Assembly (NCBI GenBank): GCA_963734545.1
Contig: CAVTHO010000004.1
Coordinates: 608,001-672,000, forward strand
Direction of reading: 5' to 3'
DNA: 64,000 nt
Origin: an uncultured Spirochaetota bacterium
GTDB lineage: Bacteria > Spirochaetota > Spirochaetia > SZUA-6 > Fen-1364
Numbering within the stretch: position 1 is the stretch's first letter; each line of letters begins with the position of its first letter. Shown here one piece after another: positions 19,667 to 28,349 of the stretch. The notes below the pieces were generated by a model. The model was not told where the DNA came from and did not search any database. It worked only from the letters and a program-made list of their open reading frames with translations. The position numbers and the translations under genes were made by a program.

Positions 19667-22000
19667 TCAGAAGCGCACGCCCAGGCCCAGCATCACAGTG
19701 GGCTGAAATACCGTCTTGGAGGGATTGGCGCCGCTGATTCCGTCGGAGAGATAGGGGACCAGGACGCGGACGGCCGTGCCCGCTGTCAATGACACGCCGC
19801 CAAAAAGCTCCAGCCCGATCGCGGCGCGCAGGCGGGGAAACAACGCGCCGACCGTGGAGGCGCCGAGGTCCGGGAATCCCAGTCGCTCAGTCACCATGGA
19901 AAGCTCGTAGTCCAGGTAGAAGGGATTGATACTGGAGCGTCCTCCCAGCCCCAGGCCAAGGGACCAGAGCGAAGGGTCAGGCCCCGGCTTCCACCCCACG
20001 CTGAAAATGGTGTACAGATACCGGGTGCCGAGGGACAGCGCCGCCGTGGTCGTCCCTGCCATGTCCACCCACAGGTCCACACTGTGGTGTCCCTTGGCCT
20101 CGATGGAAACCAGGCCGACAGGGACCCCCTCGATCTCCTCGGAAATGTTGAGCACGCCGACCTGCGTGCCGGAAACGTGCCGGGCGATGTTGACGACGCC
20201 GACCTGCGCGCCGCTGACTGTATCCGCCACGTTCACAACGCTGATCTGGGGGCCCGTCAGGGTCCGGCCCCAGTTGAATACGCCGGCCACCTGGGCGCCG
20301 CTCACATCGACCCCTGCCCAGTTGAAAAGTCCCGCCACCTGCGCGCCCCGTGCCGCGCCGAGGGACACGTTGCCCAGCCCGGCAAGCTGCGCGCCGTTGA
20401 GGCCGCCGCTGACATTGACCAGCCCCGCTGCCTGGACGTACCGGGCTTCGCCGCCAAGGTAGTTGACCAATCCCGCTGCCTGGAAGCCGTTGAGCCTGCC
20501 CAGGACGACGTTTGCAAGACCGGCACCCTGAAAACCGGTCACGTCATGGGATTCGAGGTTTGCCAGTCCGCCGATCTCGAATCCGCGCGAGTAGGATGAC
20601 GAGCCGATCAGGAGGTTGATCCCCACGACATGATCGGCGCTCGAGGAGAAGAGCCCGTTCGACACGTCCGGCAGCAGGCTAAAGGCGATCGGGCTTGGCC
20701 GCGGAGGGCCGCTCGCCCGGGGGGCTGGTTCGGACCCGTCCGCCGGAGCTTCCTCTGCCGGCGGGCCGACCTGCTGGGTGGACGGGCCGATAGAGGTCGC
20801 TGCCGCAGCCGCCGAGATGGCAGCGCCGACTGCTCCGCCGATGGCGGCACCGACCGCGGCGCCTATGGCCGCCCCCGGTTCTGTTCGCGTGACCACGGGC
20901 GGCATGCCCTGGTCGTAGGGCGGCTGGCTCCCGGCCTGATCGCCGCGGGCCGTGGCTTTGTCCAGCGGCACGGCGCGCAGCATGGCCATGGTAAGAGTGC
21001 CGCGCTGCCGCGTCGTGACACGCACGTCCCCCGCAAAACGAGCCCCCTTCTTGTCGAGCACGACGGAGTAGACACCGGGCTCGAGACCCAGCTCCGTTTT
21101 CTGGCCTTCCACCTTGTTCAGCTCGACGGCGAGCGTGCCTTGATCGTCGCGGAAGTACAGTCTCCCCCCGATGTTTTCCGCCACGGTGAGCCCCGCGGCG
21201 GAAGACCTCAGGTCGGTGAGCACGAGGTCACCCGATCCTGTCAGGTTAATGTCATACGCGGCATGCTGGGGCCCGTACTCGGTCTTTTCCGTTGAAGCGA
21301 GGGTTTCCTGGAAAGCATAGGCATAGGCCTCGTTGAGGGTCACGACTCCGTCCCCTGCCGTGTCCGCGGCGCCGCGCAGACCCGATATCAGGTAGTGCGT
21401 GAAGAAGGACGCGCCGATCCTGTCCGATTCCTGCGCCGCCTCCTCTGCCGAGGCCGAGGTGAGGTACGCGTGCCCCGTCATGTCCGAGGAGGCGTCGAAA
21501 AGGAACGCGGGACGCGCAACGCCTCCCTTTGCGCGCGTGAGGGACCCTGATGAGCACGAGTCGAGGATGGCCACCTTGACGTCCGCCGGTATGTCGTTGA
21601 TGTCGCGTCGAAACTGCTCCCACGTGTAGCGGTCCTTGCCCAGTATGAGCCCGTCGTCGTCGGAATGGCCCGAATAGTAAATGACGAGCTCGCGGCGTTC
21701 ATCCATCTCCCTCGGGGATTTGACCATCTGGCCAACCCTTCCCAGGGCATCCTCGAAGCGTGAGAGGTCGGGGCTCAAGGTCAGGACCAGGTCCTGCGCG
21801 CGGACACCGCCCAGGTCCTGGAGCACGGCCGCAAAGGACCGCGCATCTGTTTCCGCGTATTTCAGACGGATGAGGTTTTCACCGCCATAGTTGGAGCCGA
21901 CGACCATTGCGAAACGCCGGAGGGGCACCGGCGAGTCGGCTCCCACAGCCCAGGCGACGGAGCCGAGCAGGAGGATGAATAACGCGCGCTTCACATTCAT
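19667..22000 (-). CDS. Exported caspase-family (C14) peptidase with G-x-Q beta-repeat region and a C-terminal beta-barrel-like domain
   Basis: Signal peptide; YYSGHS and ILDSCSSG His/Cys dyad; repeats of type GxQxAGLxN; ends in GLGVRF. Confidence 0.85.
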   Translation of the reverse strand: MNVKRALFILLLGSVAWAVGADSPVPLRRFAMVVGSNYGGENLIRLKYAETDARSFAAVLQDLGGVRAQDLVLTLSPDLSRFEDALGRVGQMVKSPREMDERRELVIYYSGHSDDDGLILGKDRYTWEQFRRDINDIPADVKVAILDSCSSGSLTRAKGGVARPAFLFDASSDMTGHAYLTSASAEEAAQESDRIGASFFTHYLISGLRGAADTAGDGVVTLNEAYAYAFQETLASTEKTEYGPQHAAYDINLTGSGDLVLTDLRSSAAGLTVAENIGGRLYFRDDQGTLAVELNKVEGQKTELGLEPGVYSVVLDKKGARFAGDVRVTTRQRGTLTMAMLRAVPLDKATARGDQAGSQPPYDQGMPPVVTRTEPGAAIGAAVGAAIGGAVGAAISAAAAATSIGPSTQQVGPPAEEAPADGSEPAPRASGPPRPSPIAFSLLPDVSNGLFSSSADHVVGINLLIGSSSYSRGFEIGGLANLESHDVTGFQGAGLANVVLGRLNGFQAAGLVNYLGGEARYVQAAGLVNVSGGLNGAQLAGLGNVSLGAARGAQVAGLFNWAGVDVSGAQVAGVFNWGRTLTGPQISVVNVADTVSGAQVGVVNIARHVSGTQVGVLNISEEIEGVPVGLVSIEAKGHHSVDLWVDMAGTTTAALSLGTRYLYTIFSVGWKPGPDPSLWSLGLGLGGRSSINPFYLDYELSMVTERLGFPDLGASTVGALFPRLRAAIGLELFGGVSLTAGTAVRVLVPYLSDGISGANPSKTVFQPTVMLGLGVRF

Positions 22001-22011
22001 GACCGCAATCC

Positions 22012-22800
22012 CTACTTCTTCACGAGAAGCGAGTACTGTCCCAGGCCGCCGGGAAGACCAAGGCCCTCCCGCTCAGCGGCCCCGGGTCGGGCGGCCAGGG
22101 CACGCGCTGCCCGGTCCACGTCTCCGACCTCGAAGGGAGAAGCCGCATACACAAGAAAGAATCGCTCGAACCGGGGGGCATCGTCCAGCTCATACGCGGA
22201 CGGAAGGACCACCTGGCCCTGCAGGTCCAGGGGAGGCGCGGCGCGGGACCCTCCCCGATAGCCCGCCGGCACGTGCCACGTGACGGCGCCTCGGCCGTCC
22301 ACGGAGAGAATGACCCCGTATTTGGCCTCTCCCGCCGTGTAGCTGATCTGCAGGACATCGGCCCGCCGGGCCGACGCGCCGGGGCGCAGCTCCTCCGCGC
22401 CGCCGGCGGGCGTCTTGCGGAAAAGATTGAGATGCGTCGTGAGGCCCTTGAGCCTCGTCTCATTCGGGACGATCCGCTCCCGGACCACGACGAGAGAAAG
22501 GACAAGAATCACCATTGCGGCGGCCGGCAGCGCCCAAGCCATGGTCTGCGCCCTGCGCGGCCGCGCCGCCCTTCCGCCCGCCTGGAGCAGTCTCTCCTTG
22601 ATTGCAGGCACGATGCGTTCCGCCGGATAGTCCGCCATGATCTCCCGGTTGGACTGGGTGATCGCGGCCAGTCTCTCTCTCAGTGTTTCGTCTCGCTCCA
22701 GCTCGTCGCGCACCATCCGCTCCTGGCCCGAAGAGAGCTCCCCTAGAATATACTGCTCCAGCAGCAGGTCCGATACAGTCTGTTTCTGCGGCATCTTCAT
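22012..22800 (-). CDS. Putative anti-sigma factor (ActD-like single-pass membrane protein)
   Basis: GGAGGAGG RBS; N-terminal LLEQYILGEL helix, central TM, RLKG motif and an extracytoplasmic domain; translationally coupled to the ECF sigma gene. Confidence 0.72.
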   Translation of the reverse strand: MKMPQKQTVSDLLLEQYILGELSSGQERMVRDELERDETLRERLAAITQSNREIMADYPAERIVPAIKERLLQAGGRAARPRRAQTMAWALPAAAMVILVLSLVVVRERIVPNETRLKGLTTHLNLFRKTPAGGAEELRPGASARRADVLQISYTAGEAKYGVILSVDGRGAVTWHVPAGYRGGSRAAPPLDLQGQVVLPSAYELDDAPRFERFFLVYAASPFEVGDVDRAARALAARPGAAEREGLGLPGGLGQYSLLVKK

Positions 22801-23276
22801 GCCTCCTCCAGAGCGCGAGTGCGCTCCTTGAGCTGGCGCAGGCGCTTGCGCACCCCGGACACGGACAGGCCGACGTGGCCCGCCACCTCTTCGAGCGTCA
22901 TGCCGTCCACGTAGTGCATCACCGCCATGGTGCGCGTCGAGGCGCGCTCCCGCCCGAAGATGCGATCCAGGACGTGCCGGTCGAGGGCCCTCGACTCCAC
23001 GTCCTCGGCGGATGCGATGCGCTCCAGGGCTGCTTCCCCCGCCGACTGCGGGCGCCTGCGCGCCGTGCGCATCATGTTCAGGCAGACATTTGTGGCGATA
23101 GTGTAGAGCATGCTCGACGGTGCCTTGTCCGTGAGCCTTTCCTGGAAGCGCAGAAGCTTCACAAAGGTCTCCTGGGCGGCATCCATTGCCTGTTCCTCGT
23201 CGACGAGAAGGGCACGGCATCTGCGCAGGACCATGGGTCCGTACTTCCTGTAGAGGGCATCGACGTCCAGCGCCAC
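22797..23276 (-). CDS. ECF RNA polymerase sigma factor
   Basis: Region 2 (AMDAAQETFVKL, LYTIATNVCLN) and region 4 (GMTLEEVA..VGLSVSGVRKRL); probable GTG start at 23276. Confidence 0.92.
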   Translation of the reverse strand: MALDVDALYRKYGPMVLRRCRALLVDEEQAMDAAQETFVKLLRFQERLTDKAPSSMLYTIATNVCLNMMRTARRRPQSAGEAALERIASAEDVESRALDRHVLDRIFGRERASTRTMAVMHYVDGMTLEEVAGHVGLSVSGVRKRLRQLKERTRALEEA

Positions 23277-23300
23277 CAGCTTCTCCCGCTCATCACAGAC

Positions 23301-23353
23301 TATAACACGGAAAACTCCGCGGAGTGACACCCTCCAAAAAACGGGGTGTTGTA
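23301..23353. promoter_or_regulatory. Mirror-symmetric element, candidate bidirectional ECF promoter
   Basis: TATAACAC-N15-GTGACAC-N15-GTGTTGTA; both strands read GTGWCAC-N15-GTGTTRTA. Confidence 0.6.
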
Positions 23354-23385
23354 CTCATATGATATCCCACAGAGGAGGCATTCTG

Positions 23386-23976
23386 ATGAAATCCACGTTC
23401 CTCGTCCTTGTGCTGGCGCTGACGGCACTCGGCATGCCGTGTGATGCGGGCGCCGTGCGCCTGACGGGAAATGTCTCAGCCGACTTTCTCGGGGGCAATT
23501 CCGGCCAGCAAATCATAAACACATTCACGGTAGGTGACCAGCCTTTTTTCTGGGGCTTTGGATGGGAAGTGATCATCGACCGGTTCGGGTTCGGGGGCGA
23601 CTATATGGTGAGCTTCTATCGCGATGCCGCCGAGCAATGGTGGCTCGACTGGTACGCCCCTGCTCTCTTCGTGAGCTTCCACCCACTTGGCGGCAAATCC
23701 TTCCTGGATCCCTTCCTCCAGCTGGGCGTCGGCTGCTCCGGCCAGGTGTTTCTCGAGCCTCAGCGCATGCCCATGGGCCCGAGTCCCCGCCAGGACCTGT
23801 CACTTTCCCTCTTCCCGTTCGTGGGGGCAGGCCTTGCCTTCAATCTCGAGGGTTTCCTCCTGAGCGCAAAGGCGATCTACACCCCCTATTGGTCCCAGGT
23901 TCCGGTGACGGACATTCCGAGCTACCCTCTGGGCAAGTTCCAGGTGACGGTGAGCGCGGGAATCTCACTCGGCTGA
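23386..23976 (+). CDS. Secreted hypothetical protein, probable outer-membrane beta-barrel
   Basis: AGGAGG RBS, signal peptide, and alternating aromatic/Gly-rich strands. Confidence 0.7.
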   Translation: MKSTFLVLVLALTALGMPCDAGAVRLTGNVSADFLGGNSGQQIINTFTVGDQPFFWGFGWEVIIDRFGFGGDYMVSFYRDAAEQWWLDWYAPALFVSFHPLGGKSFLDPFLQLGVGCSGQVFLEPQRMPMGPSPRQDLSLSLFPFVGAGLAFNLEGFLLSAKAIYTPYWSQVPVTDIPSYPLGKFQVTVSAGISLG

Positions 23977-24047
23977 AACCCGCAAGCTCGCGGATGAGTA
24001 AGACGAAGCAGCCGATTCTGTGCTAATTTGCCCGCCGGAGGCGAGGC

Positions 24048-25265
24048 ATGAAGCCGGCGGGCACATTTGTCGGATTTGGTTTCGGTCCCATACAGACCGG
24101 CCTGATGCTCTGTGAGGCTCTCGAATCGGGGAGCTTCGAACGGTTCGTCGTTGCCGAGGTGGACCAGGCCCTGGTGGACGCAGTCCGCGGGAACGGAGAC
24201 ACGGTTACCATCAACATCGCCGGAGAGACCGCGATACGCAGGATGAGTCTGCCCGGGGTCCGGCTTCTCAATCCCCGGGTCGGCGGGGACAGGAAGGAAA
24301 TCGTGGCTGCAATCGGGTCAGCCACGGAGCTTGCTACTGCAATTCCGAGCGTCGAGCTGTATGGGGCGGGAGGGGATGCGTCCGTGGCGGCCCTGCTCGC
24401 GGAGGGCGCCGCGGGCGGGCGCGCGCGCGTCCTCTACGCGGCGGAGAACAACAACTACGCGGCAGAAATTCTCATGCAGGAGATCGCGGGACGCGCGCCG
24501 CGCGCTGCTTTCCCGCACCTCCAGGCGCTGGATACGGTGATCGGGAAGATGAGCGGCCTGATCACGACCGTGGAGGAGATGCGGCAGCTCGGGCTCGCTC
24601 CCCTGGTACCGGGTCTCGACAAATGCGTGCTCGTTGAAGAGTTCAACCGGATCCTCATTTCGAGAATCACGCTGCCCGGATTCACGCGCGGCATCCGGGT
24701 GTTTGAGGAAAAGGACGACCTTATTCCCTTCGAGGAGGCAAAGCTCTACGGCCACAACGCCGTGCACGCCCTCTTGGGCTACCTGGCACGGCTGCGTGGA
24801 CACAGGTTCATGAGCAGCATCAGGGAGGACAGCGAGCTCCGGGCGCTCGGGCGCCGGGCGTTCCTCCAGGAATCGGGCGTCGCGATGGTCCGCCGGCACG
24901 GAGGGACCGGCGATCCGCTGTTCACGGCGGACGGCTGGGGGGCGTACGCCGAAGATCTCCTTCAACGGATGACCAACCCGTTCCTGCATGATGATGTGGA
25001 GCGGATCATCCGCGACCCCAGACGCAAGCTCGGATGGAGCGACCGATTCTTCGGAACGATGCGGGCGGCCCTGCAGGCCGGCATCCAGCCGCACTCCATG
25101 GCGCTGGGAGCGGCTGCGGCCGCCAGCGCGGCCGGCATCCCTCCCGGAAAAACGAGGGAGCACCTGGTGGCGCTGTGGGGCAGCGAGGCAGCGGGAGAAG
25201 AGCGCGAGGCATGTCTCTCCCTCGTGGAGGACGCGATGACCCGACTTGCCTCCTGGCGCGCGTGA
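24048..25265 (+). CDS. Mannitol-1-phosphate/altronate dehydrogenase-family oxidoreductase
   Basis: GFGFGPIQTG Rossmann start, AENN, KLYGHNAVHA, NPFLHDDVERIIRDP.RKL. Confidence 0.75.
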   Translation: MKPAGTFVGFGFGPIQTGLMLCEALESGSFERFVVAEVDQALVDAVRGNGDTVTINIAGETAIRRMSLPGVRLLNPRVGGDRKEIVAAIGSATELATAIPSVELYGAGGDASVAALLAEGAAGGRARVLYAAENNNYAAEILMQEIAGRAPRAAFPHLQALDTVIGKMSGLITTVEEMRQLGLAPLVPGLDKCVLVEEFNRILISRITLPGFTRGIRVFEEKDDLIPFEEAKLYGHNAVHALLGYLARLRGHRFMSSIREDSELRALGRRAFLQESGVAMVRRHGGTGDPLFTADGWGAYAEDLLQRMTNPFLHDDVERIIRDPRRKLGWSDRFFGTMRAALQAGIQPHSMALGAAAAASAAGIPPGKTREHLVALWGSEAAGEEREACLSLVEDAMTRLASWRA

Positions 25266-25335
25266 CAGCCCCGGCAGGCTCAGACGCGGCCTGTCGAAAT
25301 GCCACGGGCCGCGCACACGCGGTTCCGTGGCCGCC

Positions 25336-25364
25336 TTGACCGCACCTGCCGCCCCTCCTACTAT
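25336..25364 (+). promoter_or_regulatory. sigma70 promoter of pyk (probably leaderless transcript)
   Basis: TTGACC-N17-TACTAT, 8 nt before the ATG, with no SD sequence. Confidence 0.6.
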
Positions 25365-25372
25365 CACCGGCG

Positions 25373-27139
25373 ATGCGTAAAACAAAAATCGTCTGTACCC
25401 TGGGCCCCGCCACAGATGACGTGGAAGTGCTCTGCCGCCTGCTGCAGGCAGGTATGAACGTGGCCCGATTCAACATGGCACACAGCGACCTTGCCTACCA
25501 TGCCGACATGATCTCCAAGGTGCGCGAGGCAAGCCGTTCGACCGGTATCCCTGTTGCTCTTCTCATCGACATCAAGGGACCCGAGGTGCGCACGGGAATG
25601 GTTGCCGGCGGGGGCGAGGTGGAGCTGGCGACCGGCAGCGTGATTACCGTCACGGTGGATGACGGCCCTTGCTCGGCGGAGCGCGTGAGCCTCTCGTACA
25701 AAGACCTGCCGGATCAGGTCACCCCCGGCATTCACATCCTCATCGCGGACGGGCTCATCGATCTGGAAGTGACGTCCGTGCAGGGCAGGGAGACGCGGTG
25801 CGCCGTACGCACCGGCGGGACGCTCGGCTCCCACAAGAACGTGAACATCATCGGCATAAGAAGCCGCCTTCCTGCCGTCACGGAGAAGGACATCGAGAAC
25901 CTGCATTTCGCCGTCTCCAAGGACATGGATTTCGTTGCCGCGTCGTTCGTCCGCAGGCCTGAGGACATTCTCGAAATCCGGCAGATCCTGCTGAAGGCCG
26001 GCTCGCACATGCATATCGTGGCGAAGATCGAGGACGGGGAAGGCGTGGCGAACATCGACGAGATCATCCGGGTTTCCGACGGCATCATGATTGCCCGCGG
26101 AGACCTGGGGGTGCAGCTTGCCACCGAGCAAATCCCCCTGGTGCAGAAGAGGATCATCCTCAAATGCCACGGCCAGAACAAAACGGTGATCACCGCGACG
26201 CAGATGCTGGATTCGATGATTCACAATCCCCGGCCCACCCGCGCCGAGGCCACAGACGTGGCGAACGCCATTTTCGATGGATCCGACGCTGTCATGCTCT
26301 CCGGCGAAACGGCGAGCGGGCAATATCCCGTGGCTGCCGTCCAGGTAATGGACTCCATTGCCCGTACGACGGAGGCCTCACCGGAGTACGAGTCCCGGGT
26401 GAAGCGCTTTTTCCGTCTTGACGAGATCGGGGAGGACATCGCGCAGGCGGTCACACGGAGCGCGTTCCTGGTGGCACGGGAAATCAACGCCACGGCGATC
26501 ATCGCGCCGACGCTCCGCGGCAACACGCCGCGCCTGATCAGCAAGTACCGGCCCTCGCAGCCGATATTCGCCATCACCCCCTCCGAGTCTGTCCAGCGGC
26601 GGCTCCTCCTGTACTGGGGCGTCTATCCGCTGCTCTGCGACCTTGCCGACAATTCAGACACCATGCAGAACAACGCGCTCGTGGCCGCCATGGAAAAAGG
26701 GCTGGTGAAGAAGCACGACAAGGTCGTGATCGTGGCCGGCGTCCCCCTGCACTCGCCCATCATGCTCAATACGATCAAGGTCCACTTCGTGGGGAACGTC
26801 CTGGCAAAGGGAGAGAGGGGATTCGGGGGCTATCGCTCCGGGAAAATCGTGCGGGTCGAGGATGCCCTGGACGCGGAGCTCCGGCTCAAGCACGACGGTA
26901 CCGAGATACTTCTGGCGCGTTTCCTCACGCCGGATTTCCTGCCGATCCTCAAAGGGGTCGGCGGCATCGTGCTGGAGGAGTCCTCCTACCTGAGCCCCGA
27001 GCAGATCCGCCAGATCGCTCCGGACATCGCGGCGATCTCCTCCGTGACCGGCGCCATGGTACTGCTCGAAGACGGCTTCACCGTGACGCTGCACGGAGAC
27101 GAGTGCGTGGTCTACGAGGGCATCATCAGCGGGAAATGA
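25373..27139 (+). CDS. pyk: Pyruvate kinase with C-terminal extension
   Basis: Motifs KTKIVCTLGP, DIKGPEVRTG, ARGDLG, ATQMLDSM, MLSGETA. Confidence 0.96.
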   Translation: MRKTKIVCTLGPATDDVEVLCRLLQAGMNVARFNMAHSDLAYHADMISKVREASRSTGIPVALLIDIKGPEVRTGMVAGGGEVELATGSVITVTVDDGPCSAERVSLSYKDLPDQVTPGIHILIADGLIDLEVTSVQGRETRCAVRTGGTLGSHKNVNIIGIRSRLPAVTEKDIENLHFAVSKDMDFVAASFVRRPEDILEIRQILLKAGSHMHIVAKIEDGEGVANIDEIIRVSDGIMIARGDLGVQLATEQIPLVQKRIILKCHGQNKTVITATQMLDSMIHNPRPTRAEATDVANAIFDGSDAVMLSGETASGQYPVAAVQVMDSIARTTEASPEYESRVKRFFRLDEIGEDIAQAVTRSAFLVAREINATAIIAPTLRGNTPRLISKYRPSQPIFAITPSESVQRRLLLYWGVYPLLCDLADNSDTMQNNALVAAMEKGLVKKHDKVVIVAGVPLHSPIMLNTIKVHFVGNVLAKGERGFGGYRSGKIVRVEDALDAELRLKHDGTEILLARFLTPDFLPILKGVGGIVLEESSYLSPEQIRQIAPDIAAISSVTGAMVLLEDGFTVTLHGDECVVYEGIISGK

Positions 27140-27181
27140 CGGGGCGCATTCTGCAGCGACCCGCAGGGCGCCCATCTTCCG

Positions 27182-28304
27182 CTACTGAATGGTCTTTTCG
27201 AACTCTTCGATGAGCTCGCGCTGCCGGGCGCTCACTGCGCGGGGGATGACCACGGACACTTTCACGAGCTCGTCCCCGACTCCCCGGCCCCGCAGCTCGG
27301 GCATCCCCTTGCCCTTGAGCCTGAACACCGTGCCGCTCTGCGTGCCGGCAGGGATCTTCATCACGACAGCGCCGTCCATGGTCGGCACGCTGAGCTCCGC
27401 GCCGAGGATCGCGCGCGGAAGGCTGATGGTGAGCTCCGTGAGAAGGTCCGCACCCTGCCTCTGGAACTGCGCATGGGGAAGGACCTCCACGACCAGGAAC
27501 AGGTCGCCCTTGCCCTTCTCTCCCGATTCGCCCTCCCCTTTCATGCGGAGGCGCGCGCCCGTGTCCACTCCCGGCGGGATCGTGACGGAAAGGGATTTCG
27601 TGACGGTCACCCGGCCCTGGCCCCCGCATTCCTGGCAGGGCGTCAGGATAATGGAGCCGGTTCCCCCGCACCGGGTGCACGGCTGGGCCATCTGGAAAAT
27701 CCCGCTGGAGACGAGCTTGCTGCCCGGTGCCCCGACAATCGGGGCAGGTGGTCTTGCTCGTCCCGGGAGCCGCGCCGGTTCCGCCGCAGACGGGGCACGA
27801 GTCGCGTCGAGACACGGAGATCGTCTTCTCCGTGCCGCGATACGCTTCCTCCAGAGTCACGGAAACGGCCGCCTCGAGGTCCTTTCCGCGGGCGCCCTCA
27901 GAGGCGGATCCCTTTGCCTTTCGCCGTCTGCCGCGCGTTCCGAAAAGGCCGAAGCCCGCGTCGCCGAAGAGGTTCTCGAAGAAGCTGCCTCCCAGGCCCT
28001 CGTCCCCCATTCCCTCGAAGACACTGCGAAAATCGGTGCCCCTGAAGATGTCTTCCCGCGCGAATTTCTGGTCGACGCCGTCGTGCCCGTACTGGTCGTA
28101 CAGGGCGCGCTTCTTCGGATCGGAAAGCACACCGTACGCTTCCGAGATTTCCTTGAACGCGTCCTCTGCCTGCTTCTTCTTGTCGGCGGACACGCGGTCA
28201 GGGTGGTGCCGGAGCGCGAGCTCCCGATAGGCCTTTCGGAGCTCCTCAGGAGTCGCGCCTTTCCTGATACCGAGGATTTCGTAATAGTCACGTTTTGTGG
28301 ACAT
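27182..28304 (-). CDS. dnaJ: Chaperone DnaJ; frameshift near 27719
   Basis: J-domain with HPD; four CxxCxGxG motifs split across ORFs 27126-28304 and 27182-27691; C-terminal domain intact. Confidence 0.92.
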
Positions 28305-28314
28305 GGTTTTCCAT

Positions 28315-28341
28315 AAAAAGCCCCGGGGGCTGCCCGGGGCT
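28315..28341 (-). terminator. Intrinsic terminator between dnaK and dnaJ
   Basis: Minus strand reads AGCCCCGGG-CAGCC-CCCGGGGCT followed by TTTT. Confidence 0.7.
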
Positions 28342-28349
28342 CACGTCGG

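Noticed and set aside
22801-23220. N-terminal 140 aa of ORF 22012-23220
   Set aside because: An off-frame overlap with the sigma gene; the real start is ATG 22800 after GGAGGAGG.
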